Positions 37,474 through 51,700 of a stretch of DNA of 64,000 nucleotides are shown piece after piece (the stretch's first letter is position 1; the number at the start of each line of letters is the position of its first letter). The stretch is from the NCBI RefSeq assembly GCF_006345805.1, contig NC_042998.1, positions 69,812,001 through 69,876,000 on the forward strand. The letters run 5' to 3'. The stretch is from Octopus sinensis. Its lineage: Eukaryota. The notes below the pieces were generated by a model. The model did no database searches and was not told the origin of the DNA. It saw only the letters and a program-made list of their open reading frames with translations. The translations under genes and the position numbers were made by a program.

Positions 37474-38659
37474 CACGCACTCATGCACATACTTTTTTTT
37501 TATCTACCAATGATAGATATCTTTTATGTGATGATATAATAATAATACAGTATATTTCTTTGAACTATCTTCAGTTCTCGTTCTTTGATTCATAATCATT
37601 TTGTATTTAAACAATAAACGAAATTTTCTAACATAACTTCCTTCTTGCGACTTTGATTTCTTTATTGATATTTTATAATTCTTGGCTAAAATAAATTGCA
37701 TGAATTTTATTTTAGTTTCTTTAATGAAATAATTTCTTACAATTTACACACATTTTCACCTTTTATTAGATTTTTATTTCATTTTCTTCTCTTACATTTG
37801 TATTTTTTTTATACTTGTTCTATGTATGATAAAAAAAAAAAACATCTTACATATTTTTTCATAACTCTTATATCTTCATGTTCAGTTTTCCCAAATTTTA
37901 TGTCTTTATTTTAATACGGTTATAAATATTCACTACTTTGATTAGACCCTCTGATAATTTACGTAAATGAAAAACAAAAAAGAACAAAAAAAAATACAAA
38001 ACAAAGCAAAAACTGTATAAATGTAGAACCTACAACTGAAAGACAAGCAGACCAGGAGTGAAAGCGGAGGATGTCAATGAAGAGGTCGCAGATGGCGGCG
38101 AAAGGACTGTGATGAACACAACCGATTAAATAAATGAATGACTAATGAAACAATCGATTAGATAGTTGATTAAATAACTAGTCAATTGACGAATAATAAG
38201 AAGTGAAATAGAACGAGTGCGTGTGTTTATTATTGGTATAATCACCCTTCCGATATACAACAAAATTTGTTTCAACACTCGAGTTAACATCAAAAATGTT
38301 ACAAATCCATTAAAAAGCGAAAAATCAAAAAACTTTACAATATAGACTACCTAAGGTTCATAAAAAACTAGCAAACTTTAACTTATATATATCCTGTATT
38401 TTTCTCTTCTTTGGGCCCTCGACTCTTTCATGGAATCACCGTCTGACCACGTCTAATTTCTTTCTGGGGAGACAAACAGTGAGAGAAATATAATATACCA
38501 CAGCTAATTTCTTCTAGGGAGACAAACTGTGGGAGAAATAAAATATACCTTTACTCCAATTCGAAACAGGTACTTTGTTTATCGACTTCGAAAGGATGAT
38601 AAGTCAAGATAACCTCGAAGTATTTAAACTCAGTATGCAGGAATAATTACAGAAGAAAA

Positions 38660-41365
38660 GGAATTTATCTGACGACTTAAAAACTTTACCAAATGGCTGT
38701 CTGTCTTCCGCAATAACTATAATTATCTTTCATTGTGAGACATTGTGCTTGTACTATTTAACATAACTTTGCTCTACCTCGTATGTTTTGCTTTACATTA
38801 TCATGATTAGAGTACTGATTTTGAAGTAGAGAATCTAAGCCTCGGGTTGGAAAAAGAATGTTTATGCATGGTGATGATCAACTTCACAGGGTTTTCAGGT
38901 GCTCCTTTGTAAAACCTTCCACTATTATGAGTTTCCACCCCGCATTTATACACAATGTTGATCCGAACACAGTGACCAAACTGGGGAAATTGGGCGTGAG
39001 CCCTGAAGCTACAAGTAGACGGTAGACAGTCACAGTCGAAAGATCCAATCATTATTCCAGCTTTAGCAGAACTGGGCGGGGAAGTACTCTGGTTAGTACA
39101 ACGCCGTGTAGTAAATCCCATTCTCCTCAAAACAGCGGACTTTCCTGCACTACCCTCATCTTCGCGGCTGATCCCAAAGCCATGTGTTTCCACAGAGCGT
39201 CTTTCACGGTGAGCCTGATTGCGAGTGATATCGGCTCCTGGGGCACTGTTCAGATGCCAACCCTGGTACTCCGGCGATCTTAGCATTGTATCTCACAAGT
39301 TAGCCCTTATTAGAAGCCGTTATGATAGTGGTCATGGTAGGTGTGGTGGAGTAGGACAACTTAATGGTGTCTATATTGAAGATGCTTTGTTATCTATGTT
39401 GCGGTGGAAAGGACCTATCGTGAATCTGGAAGAACGACCTAGGGATATTGATTTTTAATGTTACGTGAGAAGGTTGGGCCAAACTATATCACGCGTCTTT
39501 TCCCAACGCTGGTACATTTTTCCCTTGCAAAAGATTTGTGACGCATCCTCAGTCCATCCCGAAATGGGCTAAACTTGAGATTTCGAGAAGACCCGCGAAT
39601 TCCCCATTCCCGCGCCTCTTAGGGCTTCTGGATTTACAGAGAATGAGAGGGTTCTTTGGTTTCCCGGCGGGGGTTGTAGTATTTCCAGGGAAGCAAGTCA
39701 CGATGAAGGTCCCATAGACATCTCTCGAAAGTTCCTTGTTTGGAGCTCCATCACGAGAAATTGCATCGTCCAGGGCAATTCCTGATCACGTCATAGTTGT
39801 ATCCCTATTATTCAACATTTATTAAAAACTAAGTTAAGATTGGCGTCAGCAATAAACCTAACCTAATCGCTACACCCCACACCTCTCATTCGCAAAAGAT
39901 TAGGTACCTTAATTGATATGTTCGTACCTATACCTGACTAGATAGTCTAGGGACATAGTGGGTGCTCTCATTGAGTTTATAGTAGGGATAATATAGTTCC
40001 GAATCTAACTGCAATGTAACATATAAATGTGTCATGGTTGTTTTGCTGCATACTTCAATTGTGACAGAAAAGTTAAAATCCCAAAGATGTTTGCTTAGTT
40101 TTTCCCGTTGGGGCGGTGGATATCTGGAAACCGTAAGTAGAACGTCGTCTCTATACAGTCCACCTCTCAGGTTCAAGAAGCTTCCGTTGAGTTTGTGAAA
40201 CAAAAACAAACCGACATAGTCCGTGGCTTACGTGGTGTCCAAGGATCCCATAGTTACATCAGTGATCTAACTTGGACTGCCTAGATCAATGGTTCTCAAC
40301 TTGGGTCCATGTGGTCTTGGGGCTCCATATAAAATTTTGCTGTTAAAATTTATGTGCAATAGATTGCTTATATTTTTACAATTCACAAAATATTTTATTT
40401 CTTTTATACAATTTCTAATAATATTTAGTTGTGCCTGGGAAAAGTCATTTTCTTTTTGTGTCTTATAATTTAAGACACTCACCGGTAAAATTTCCACTTA
40501 TTTCTTATTTTTATTTTCATTTTTATTATACATGGACTCATATAAGGAATCTTGCAAACCAAATCCCAAAACGAAGTAATAATATTTAATTATAAAAAAT
40601 ACAGTAGATTTCTTTTGATACATTGAATGGCTATGGAGGTCTAGTAGAGTAAATAGGGATCAAAGGGATCCACAGGTAAAAAATGGTTAAGAACTTCTGC
40701 CTTAGATCAAAGCTTGGAAAGAGATAAAGGTCCTCCTCGCTAAAAGGGTCGTATCGGCTTCATCTCTGACGTATCTATAATCTTTCTTGCAAAAATAATG
40801 CTTGATTGAGAAAAATAGGGGAAATCGCCAGGTGCTAATTCATGATATCAAATTGCACAAAATAGGTGCCACTCTTATTAAAGATTTTCTCAAACCAAGA
40901 TATTACCTCCTCTATACACCCCACAAGAAGAAGTAGACATGCGGCCTAACTATGGGGATGAATCTATCTAAAATCTTGCGAATATGCCCAATGAAAGACT
41001 TAGAGGGGTTAATCAATATAATGGAGGTTTCACTAAGGAATCAGGTTTATAGTCCTAAGAAGGAAATGAGGGTCTTTCGCGATTTTATGGCTTGATTCTA
41101 CCATCTAACTTCAACTTGTTAACTAAAGTAAACGCTTGATTATTAATAGAAATAAAGGTATTTGGGTTGGTCTTTTCATAGATTTTTAGATAATCCTCAA
41201 TCAATAAAATCTAGAGTCTTGTCTGAAAAAACGTGTAGCTTTTCCGACTTCACATCCTGTACAAATTTCTGGATATCCTGTTAGAAGTGGTCTTGGAATT
41301 TTTTAAACTTAACACTGTCGATAAGGTCCATCAATTACTGCTCAAGGTTATCCAATAGCGGGTTG
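38660..41365 (-). mobile_element. Degenerate Penelope-like retroelement (RT + GIY-YIG), with a nested MITE
   Basis: Minus strand: DSVKFK..KLHVFSDKT; LINPSKS.IG; VISWFEKI...FVQFDI; GLYRDDVL...VTIE...YYPYYKLN; SFPPQHR.QSIFNIDTIKLSYS; GHCVRINIVYKC...FYKGAPE...HKHSF. Confidence 0.85.
40287..40699. mobile_element. hAT/Charlie-like MITE nested in the Penelope RT
   Basis: TIRs caatggttctcaac / ggttaagaacttctg. Imperfect 8-bp TSD gcctagat / ccttagat. Confidence 0.7.
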
Positions 41366-41554
41366 TGGAGCAGGATTCAATATATACGCAGATCGTATAT
41401 CTTCGAGCACTTCAGATCGAAAGAATGGCCCGCATTCTTTCTATTGTGGTAGATTGCCCTCCATGTCATCCGATGTATAAGAGTATTAGTCTTCTGAATC
41501 ATCAACCCAAGAAATTGCTGGTTGCAGGGTGTGGGAACATTCTTGAGGGGGAAT

Positions 41555-41790
41555 TCTACGTGGTTAGGGTGTTGGATTCATGATTGTAAGATTATGGTTT
41601 CAATTCCTTGATCAGGCGAGGCGTTGTGTTCTTGAGCAAAACACTTCATTTCCCGTTGCTCCAGACAACTCAGCTGGCAAAAACGAGTAATCCTGCGACG
41701 GACCGGCGCCCCCGTCTAGGTGGGGAATATGTACGCTATTGAAATTGGGAAACCAGCCTTTATGAGTCGGTATGACTCGAGAAGGTAAAT
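41555..41790 (+). mobile_element. tRNA-derived SINE, family C-like
   Basis: Contains gtggttagggtgttgg...gttcttgagcaaaacacttcatttc...cagctggcaaaa. Confidence 0.65.
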
Positions 41791-42655
41791 TTACCCTTTT
41801 ACTTTTAATCCTACGTATGGTTTCTCCAATCCAATGCTTTATTGGTTCCGGTCAGGAGGACTCACTCGACTAGATTTTACAAGATGTTATTAAATAACGG
41901 TCAAGATAAAAGACACTTGCTGCGCAATGAGATCGAACTCTGAACCAAGTATATTTGAGTATGTATGTATATGTGCATCTGCATATAAATGGATATAATG
42001 GATATTTATGTGTGCGTCGATGTAACTTCTATGCTTATGCATGCATATGTATTTGGACGTATGTATTTGTATATACGCTTAAATATATGTGTGTGACAAA
42101 GTAACTGCAGTATGTATTTCTGTATACGTCTACATGATTACGCATGAATGTATGTATGTATATATATCCATGCATTTTGAATGCATCTGCATGGTTATAT
42201 GTATGTTCGCCGTTTCCGAAGGTGTATACGAATAAGAATGCATACGAATGCGTGCATGTATGTTCACACACACACACGAACATGTATCTGTAAGAATTTA
42301 TGTGCGAAAAATTCGTGCTCAATTGGATGTATAGATGTGTGTGTATGTATTAAGCATCTCTCCCCACTCACGTTGCACCCTTGCACTCTGCCCCTGCCGC
42401 CCGTCTCTATCCACCTATATCACCCCGTGTTTGATCCTGCTGGTTGTTTAGTTGCAGCAGCGACAGACTGCACGAACAGCGGATGTAGAAGCGGTCGTCT
42501 GTTAATCTACTTCTATCTGCAGATGGAACAGTCATAATGGATGAAGTCAGAAGATAGAATTATCGTCTGATGCTTAATAGCCACTCTCTTTCTCTCTCTG
42601 TCTCTCACTCTGTCTCTCTCTCTATCTATCTTTCTCTTTCTCTGTCTCTCCCCAC

Positions 42656-42737
<82 letters not shown>

Positions 42738-43099
42738 GGTCACGATTTACACAAAGTGTAAATTTTTCGTTTTATACGGCATACGTACACACGCCAAACA
42801 GAAAAGAGTTAGATTTGTTTTAGTTATTGTTGTTGTTGTTGTTGTACTTCTTCTTCACTCAGCTGTACCGGCCTTTGCTTTTCACGTGGAGAAGAGAGGC
42901 TGGTATGCATGGGCAACTGCTGATCTTCCATGAAAACAACCCTAGGTTGTGCGTTCGCCGGTGAGGCGACTTTCCGCCTAGACTTGTAACCCGGAGAGGA
43001 ACCTCTTAAGTGCACCCATGGTCATTTATGACCGACGGAGTCAATAATATATATGTATTTGTGTGTGTGTGTGTAGATGCGCGTGTTTATGTGTATGCA

Positions 43100-43238
43100 T
43101 AAGGTTGCTTCCCAACCACATGGTTCTGGGTTCAGTCTTACTGCGTGGCAACTTGGGCAAGTGTCTTCTACTATAGCCTCAGACCGACCAAAGCCTTGTG
43201 AGTGGATTTGGTAGACGGAAACTGAAAGAAGCCCATCG

Positions 43239-43271
<33 letters not shown>

Positions 43272-43430
43272 GTGTGTTACGCCCCTCATCACCTAGCGGT
43301 TCGGCAAAAGAATCCGATAGAATAAGTACTAGGTTTACAAAGAGTAAGTCCTGGGGTCGATTTCTTTGGCTAAAGTCGGTGGTCCAGCATGGCCGCAGTC
43401 AAATGACTGAAACAAGTAAAAGAATAAAAG
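43100..43430 (+). mobile_element. tRNA-derived SINE, family A
   Basis: Homologous to 22074. Confidence 0.75.
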
Positions 43431-43432
43431 AA

Positions 43433-43466
<34 letters not shown>

Positions 43467-44004
43467 CATATACACACATACATACATACATACATATATA
43501 CACACACACACACGTATATATGTGTGTGGACTCATGTAAGCATTTATATATGTACTCGTACATGTATGACGTATGTATGTACATATATACATACATGCAT
43601 ATAAATATATGTCTATCTTTGACTCGATTAATTTGTCCATCTATCGATTAACGTTTGACCGTCTGTCTGTCTATCTATTTATCATAATATTTTACAAACA
43701 TCAAATAAAATGTTCTCCAATTTCACCTTTATTCTATCATACTGCATCAATTCACTCCACACAATATCACTTCGCAAAACTCCAGGCATCGCTATCATAC
43801 ACTACCCCACATCACACCACATCCCACCCAACTCCTCTCTAACACTCCTCGCCACACTCAAATATACAAAACTGTATACGGCACCATTTAAAGAAAAATT
43901 ATGAAACAGCACTACACTGAGCCATTACAAGAGGCATCCTTTCCCAAGAAACAGACAGGATGAACTATGGTTCATGTTCAGGTGAACAGCACTGTCTTTA
44001 TCTG

Positions 44005-44360
44005 TTATTTTTTACTTGTTTCAGTCATTTGATCGTGGCCAAGATGGGGCACCGCCTTGAAGGGTTTCAGTCGAAAGAATCGACTCCAATACTAATTGAT
44101 TTTTGTGAAGTCTGGTGATTATTATATCGGTCTATTTTGCAGGACGTAAACAAACTGGTGCGAATTTTATAAAGGTGTCGGGGGACAAACAGACACACAC
44201 ATAGGCGCACACGCACACACACACACATATAAATACGACGGGTTCCCATACACTTTTCGTCAACCAAATCCACTCACAAGGCTTTGGTTGTTCTGAAGCT
44301 ATTGTAGAAGACACTTCCCAAAAGCAAGCCTGGAGCCATGTGGCTGGAAAGCAAGCTTCT
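44005..44360 (-). mobile_element. tRNA-derived SINE, family A
   Basis: Reverse-complement homology to 22074. Confidence 0.7.
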
Positions 44361-44779
44361 TAGCATGCTACGCTTACATACTACTAAAAAATTCAATAAC
44401 GTTATTTTTCTCATGAAACTAGGCTCGCAATTAAGAAAGTCCCGCGGGCCGCAGATTGCCCTTGACCGATTTAGACCATACTACATGGCGCGCTATATCA
44501 CTCTTTCAACACTCCTATCGCTCCACTCCACTCTACATTTGATCTCTACCATTCCAGTGCTCAAGATAAAACAAGACCTCAAACCATACCATTTCTACGC
44601 CACATCTCCATATAACATTCTGTTTATTGACTCCCCCACCACCACCACCATCACCACACTAAACTCTTCCAGGGCACGTTATCTTACCATATCATCTTAG
44701 CTTCTGATGTCACGTGACATCTCTGTAAATCCCGGCAATATAATTGTTATGAGAAATCCTGTCAATATTTTATAACATT

Positions 44780-45887
44780 GGTAGTGGTAGGTGTCAGGGG
44801 TGTTGATGGTGGAAGTGTTGGGGGATGTTGGAGGCGGTGGGTGGGGGAGTTGGGTGTGTGTGGGGTTTGTTGGTACTGCTGACGGTGGCGGTGGTGGTGG
44901 TAATACATGTGGCAGTGTCGCATTGTTGGTAGTAGTATTGGCTGTAGTGGTGGTGTTGGTACTGTCGGCAGTGCTGTCGTTAGTGGTGTTGATAGTGGTG
45001 GTGTGGGTGGTGTTGGTTATGGTAATGGTACCGTTGATGGTGGTGGTGGTGGTGTTGGAGAGGGCGAGGGTTGTGGTGCTGGTGCTGCTGCCAGTGGCAG
45101 TGGTGTTGGAGGCGACAGTTTGTTGGTGATAGTAGTATTGGTTGTAGTAGAAGTATTAGTGGTGTTGGTGTGGTGATAATATTGGTGGTGATGGTGGTGG
45201 CGGTGATTCTGTTGGTGATAGTGTTGGTGTAGTTATTATTGTGGTTGTTTGGTGCCGACAGTGGTGGTTATGGTCCAGTGCACTGCTGTTGGTCATATTT
45301 AGCTCCAGGGCAACCCTGATCTGGCAGATATATGGCCATGACCATCCCGTCATTTTAGGGAATGTAGAATTTTATAATCCAATTTGCCTTTTCGCTATAT
45401 CAGACGGTAGGGTATAATTTAAAAAATGATTTGGCTGCTATTTCTAGCAGATCACATGACCACGAGCGTTCAAGTTAATATTGTATAATCCCAAGTTATC
45501 TCGATTCAGCAGATTTATGATCAGGAAGATAATCTAGTTTTTATTTTTCACACTTAATGCATCTCAATCTACGTTGTGTAAGCTGTCCCTTTATTTTTAA
45601 GATAGTAAGAGTGCAATTCGAGAGAGATTTACTGCTATTTCTAGAAAGTTCACCGACAACATAGATTTCTTGTTGGTAGTGGTGGTGGTGTGGTGGTGGT
45701 GGTGGTGGTGTGGTGGTGGTGTGGTGGTGGTGGTGGTGTGGTGGTGGTGGTGGTGGTGTGATGGTGTCACTCGTTCATCACCAGACTCTTCATCCTCCTC
45801 CTCCTCCTCCGTGTCATCATTGTCAACATTATCATCATCTCTACTTCCACCAAAGAACCCCCACCACCACCACCACCACCGCCGCCG

Positions 45888-45919
<32 letters not shown>

Positions 45920-45986
45920 ATCATCATCATCATCATCATCAACATCATCATCATCATCATCATCATCATCTCATCATCATCATCAA

Positions 45987-46056
<70 letters not shown>

Positions 46057-46500
46057 TTCATCATCATCATCAACGGCATTACCGTCATCATTCTCACAAT
46101 TACCACCACTATCATTATCATCGCTATCCTCCGCCTCCTCCTCCTCATCGTTTTCATCACCACCATCGTTATTATCACCAGGTCCTTCATTTACATAATC
46201 TCAATCACCACCACCACCACCACCACCACCACCACCACCACCACCACCACCAGCATCGTCGTCGTCGTCATCATCCACTCCCATCAGCATAAGCGTCACC
46301 AACATCATTTACCGCCGTCACCATCATCACCTCCATCGCTACCACTAATTCCATCGCCACGTATATCATCAACACTATCAACATCAACACCTCACTACCT
46401 CCACTACACCTACTACCACTCCAACCATCACCATCACCATCACCATCACCGTCACCACTACTATCATCAATACTTTTACCACCACCACCACCACAATGTC
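44780..46500. repeat. GGT/CAT/CAC trinucleotide low-complexity tracts
   Basis: Direct inspection. Confidence 0.85.
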
Positions 46501-46746
46501 ATTTTCTTTTTCTTCATTCCTCATCAAATGATTGTATGATGAGGAATTCCTGCCAGACCATTCCAGTATCGAGATGATAGAGCACTAATATATCCAAAGC
46601 CATATAAAGAATTACCAATTCTCTAGAGATTAACCATTGTTCTGAGACACCATTTCTGTGTTACTTATTCATTAGCTAAGTCTTTTCACACACCACACAC
46701 ACACACACACACACAACACACATACACACACACACATACACACACA

Positions 46747-46793
<47 letters not shown>

Positions 46794-47448
46794 CAGTTCT
46801 ATTGTGTGTGTATGTAAGTGTTAAGTGTTACATGTATGTGCATATGTAAAACGTGGTCATTGACGAATGGTTAAGAAGTTCGCTTCTCAAGAATGAGGAA
46901 TCGGGTTCAATCCCATTGCATGGTACCTTAGAAAGTATTGTTTTATCATAGTCTTATGTTGACCTAATCCATGTGAATGGATTTGGGTAGGGGGAAACTG
47001 TTCGGAAGCCAACCGGTTGGATTCTACAATTAATTCAAATGGCTACTCTTGTCACATTGAGTGTCACCCTGATTCTGCCTGAGAATTCCGTTCGGGGTAC
47101 ATTTCTCTACAGAATACTTAATTCCTTACCATACAATTCAATGAATAGAGAATTAGTTGAGTGACTAACTGGATAATAATCACCGAAATCAACGGGAGAT
47201 CTAGTTACTTATAAATGCATGTCTGAGTACATACATACATACATACATACATACATACATACATACATACATACATACATACATACATACACACACACAT
47301 ACATACATACATACATACATGCATACATACATACATACATACATACATACATACATACATACATACATACATACATACAATCATACATACATACATACAT
47401 ATCTCAACCACATTCGACGCTTCCAAAGTTTGCTTAAATCAATATATA

Positions 47449-48143
47449 CGAGGTCTGATCAATTAGTACCCGGACTGTAGCCATAGTAACGAAGCTAAAG
47501 CGCGCATAGTAAAGCCGCTCGGCAAAGATTGACCTTGAACTTTGCTGTGCATGCAAAACTAAGTTTTAGCGTTCTAGCTCACTTTCGCTCTTTACAGCAC
47601 TGCTTGGAAGGAACGTGTGTAGCGTGTGATCGTCGCATTGACCATGACAGAGGAAGTTGTCATGGCGATACCTGTTCAGAGGCCAACGCAAAATTGCAGA
47701 AAGTGTATGGAGAAGAGTGTATGAGCCGCACACAAGTGTACGAGTGGTTCAGACGTTTCCAAGATGGCCGAAAAAAATTTGATATTAACGAACGTTTATG
47801 GAGACCTGCAGCCAGCAAAACTAAGAATAACATCACAGATGTGAGTGCAGCTGTGAGGGGAAATCGTCGAATCACCGTCCGGGAGTTATCAGAGGGTGTG
47901 CAGTTCAGTCCATCATCACTGAAGATTTGGGTATGAGACGCGTGTCTGCAAAGTTTGTGCCAAAACTGTTTTCAGTTGACCAAAGAGACACTCGAGTTTC
48001 AGTTGTACAAAATCTCCTTGATTGTGTCGAGAACGTTCTCTTTCCTTTCTTTTTATTCTTTTATTTGTTTCAGTCATTTGACTGCGGCCATGCTGGAGCA
48101 CCGCCTTTGGGGGGGACTAACACACACACAAACATATACACAC

Positions 48144-48191
<48 letters not shown>

Positions 48192-48537
48192 GACGGGCTT
48201 CTTTCAGTTTCCGTCTACCAAATCTACTCACAAGGCTTTAGTCGGCCCGAGACTATAGTAGAAGACACTTGACCAAGGTGCCATGCAGTGGGACTGAACC
48301 GGGAACTTTGCGTAACCCTCTGAGCAGGTATCGCCAAGCTTTTGGCAAAATTTTATGTAGATCCTCTGCTCAACTTTCTCTGTCATGGTCAATGCGACGA
48401 TCACACGCTACACACGTTCCTTCGAAGCCATGCTGTAAAGAGCCGAAGTGAGCTTGAACGCTGCCAATTGGCTTCACTCTCCGCGCATTAGCTTCGTTAT
48501 CATAGCAACAGTCCGGATACTTATTGATCATACATCG
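47449..48537 (+). mobile_element. Internally deleted mariner with long terminal inverted arms and a nested SINE (48050-48310)
   Basis: TA on both sides. HTH region KLQKVYGEECMSRTQVYEWFRRFQDG...RRITVRELSE, then MRRVSAKFVPK. The 5' region is repeated inverted at about 48375-48537. Confidence 0.85.
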
Positions 48538-48932
48538 TAGATTAGATTCTCGTATCTTAATTTCTGAGAGAATGTATCTGTTGTTCTTACAGACGTCTCT
48601 AGTTCTGTACATTGGAGACAGGTACATGTATAAAGGAAAGCTACATAGCGTCGGGAGTCACCTATAAACGTAGAAATTTATAGATAGTGGAAGATTGTCC
48701 GTCAGGATCGACGATGAGCACTCAGTTATTCGACCAACTGAACTCGTGAAAGTATCGTGCAAGCAGCTAAATATTCCACTGATACAAGTGTCTTTAACGT
48801 AATTCTCAGATTAAGTCAGCGTGACACAACGGATCTTTGAATTCCAAGTAGAATCGAGAGTTAGACAGACAAATAGATTTATAGACAGAGAGAAAGAAAG
48901 TGGGAAAGAGAGAGAGAGGGCGAGAGGGAGAG

Positions 48933-49003
<71 letters not shown>

Positions 49004-49134
49004 CAGCTTCAATGCTGTATTGGTATTTTATTTTTCAACTCCTAGAAATAAAAGAAAATTTAACTTCGGTGCTATTTGAACTCATTTGGCACTGAAAGTA
49101 GAGCTGAATTTCCAATTTGTCTAGTTTGAATGAT

Positions 49135-49630
49135 ATATAACGACATTGAGATAATGAGATTTGTAATAACCGTTGAGGCTTAAGCCGTATATCATTCAAG
49201 CAACATACAGATATATGTTATATAATCTTTTGTGATGTCCTGAAACATATAAGCCTACATATTACCACCAGCTTCTATTATTATTGATATTAAACCCTCT
49301 ATAGTATTTATATAAGTTATCTTGAAGCTATGTTACATTTTCAACTTTTATTAAATACGACAATTACGGAACAAATATCATCATTTGAGATAGGAAACAT
49401 GAAGCTTACAAAGTCGAGAAAGTCATCATGACCAACTGATGTGACCCTCTAAAGTAAAATATCTGCGAGCAAAACATTGGCTTCTAAAAGTCGACTTTCA
49501 ATGCTATATAAAGACATTGGGATAATGAGATTTGCAATAACCGTTGAAGCTTAAGCCTTATATCATACAAGCAACTTACAGATATACGTGATGTCATTAA
49601 AAATATATAAGCCTACATAGTATCATCAAC
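49135..49630. repeat. Direct duplication, ~371-bp period, ~120-bp repeated block
   Basis: gacattg.gataatgagatttg.aataaccgttga.gcttaagcc occurs at 49142 and 49513. Confidence 0.75.
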
Positions 49631-51482
49631 GTCGATAAACTGATCATTGGTTAACATTTGTGCAGCTATTAGCAAGCTTCCTTTTAAGCTTCTGAAAGAA
49701 ATTCAAGAATCAGTTAAGAGAAGTAGGTACAGAGTTTCTGGAAAAGTTAATTGTGAGGTCCCAGCATCCTGTTCAAGTAAAAAAATTCTTTCTCATCTAG
49801 TTCATGAAAGTCTGTAATATAAAATATAAATTCCTATTAAAACTATTTTAACGCCAGCTAACTTAAGTTGATGACAGATAACTTTCCACCTGATTAGGGC
49901 ATCAATCTATCTCCTCGGTTATCTTGTAGATATGCAATCAACAGCTTGGTGAGAACTCAGGTATTTTAGAATATCATGTATTGTCCCAGAAACATAGCGA
50001 ACTACTTATAGGAAAGATGAACTCACATCTTTGACCTGGTATTCTAATTTCGTATTCATACAGTTGTTTTTAACACAGGCACAAGGTCATTAATTTGCTG
50101 GTAAGGAGTTAGACCCCAGTACTTGAACGATGTAGGCCCCACATTCATTCGGCCCCAGTACTTGAACGATGCTTTATTTTGTCGACCCCAAAAGGATGAA
50201 AAAGACAAGGTTGATTTCGATGGGATTGAAATTTCAAATAAAAAGAGCTGGAAGAAATACCACAAGGCATTTTCTTTGTGGTTCTAAGAATTCCGTCAAC
50301 CTACCATCTCAATTGTCACAAAAACTACAAATGTTGAGTATTGGGTTGGGATTAATTTTATAAATCCAAGTGCTAGCATGACAAGTTTTTTTTTATATAA
50401 TTTAATTTTATGATTTTATACCAATACTGAAAGAACAGAAAAGAAGTAGTCTCAGGCAGGATATGAACGCGGAAAGAAGCATATAAAGAGGTACAGTTAA
50501 ACACTACTCAATCGCATTTGATGTTCCTTCGTCACGACCACGATGATGGCGACGTCGGTGACCACCACCACCACCATAACGTATTTCTGTTACATTTATC
50601 AGTGTCCCTGATGTATATTACACTTGCAAAATGTTTACATGACAATCTGGAGAAACTGTGCTTTCTTGAGAAGGGACAATATTTAATGCTAGTTTCGTGA
50701 GATCAATGGACAATGTAGAGGACAGAAGCAACAATATACAACATATATTTCTAAAGTTTAAAACGCGTCTTCGATTATCATTTTAATGGTATGAATTCCT
50801 TGAAGGGAGATTTGTGTCTTATACATGTTAGTTCGTCCTTCATTATACAACTTCATTGACGACACAGAAAGAAAAAGAAGAAAAATAATGATAAATAAAC
50901 AAAGAGACATAAGATGATAGCAAGGAAAATTAAAATACACAGAAGTGTTGGATTAAATTAGCACAGCGAACAGTGGGAGATGTTTAAAGGGAGATAAGTA
51001 AACAATGACATAGGTGGACACAAAATTAAAACTTCGAGGCCCAATTAATTAGAAATATATTAGCTGCAGTGTTTACGTATTTCATCAACACCCACTGGCA
51101 AATATGCAAGAGCATATTGGTTTTTTTTTGATGTGGTTCTCTTTCTCTTTCTCTCTCTCTTTCTCTCTTCCCTTCTTTCTCTGACTCCATATTTCTATTA
51201 GTGTGTATGTGTGTGTGTGTGGGGGGGTGTGCATGTGCGTATATCGTATTGAATGGATTGTAAGTTATGAAGGTGTAATTTGCCTGTTGTAACAGAATTA
51301 CACTAATTGCCAAGGAATTAAAACACAAATGTCTGCGAAAGCAACAAAAACATATATAATTCTGTCAGCTCATTCCTATCCAAGTGTCCGCTGTGCCCAT
51401 ATGTCCGCTGTGAGATTGACCGACTTACAAATTGCTTCATTCTGATGGAAATATCTATCAAAGCAACAACAACAACAACAGC

Positions 51483-51700
51483 AATGGTTTCAAATTTTAG
51501 CGCAAAGCCAGCAATTTTCGGGAAGGTATAAAGTCGATTACATTGAGCCCAGTGTTCAACTGGTACTTATTTTATCGGACCCCGAAAGGATGAAAGGCAA
51601 AGTCGACCTCGGCGGAATTTGAACTCAGAACGTAGCGGCAAACGAAATACCGCTAAGCATTTCGCCCTGCGTGCTAACGATTCTGCCAGTTCGCCGCTTT
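51483..51700 (-). mobile_element. tRNA-derived SINE, family B
   Basis: Near-consensus copy. Degraded copies at 32290-32435 and 50090-50300. Confidence 0.8.
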
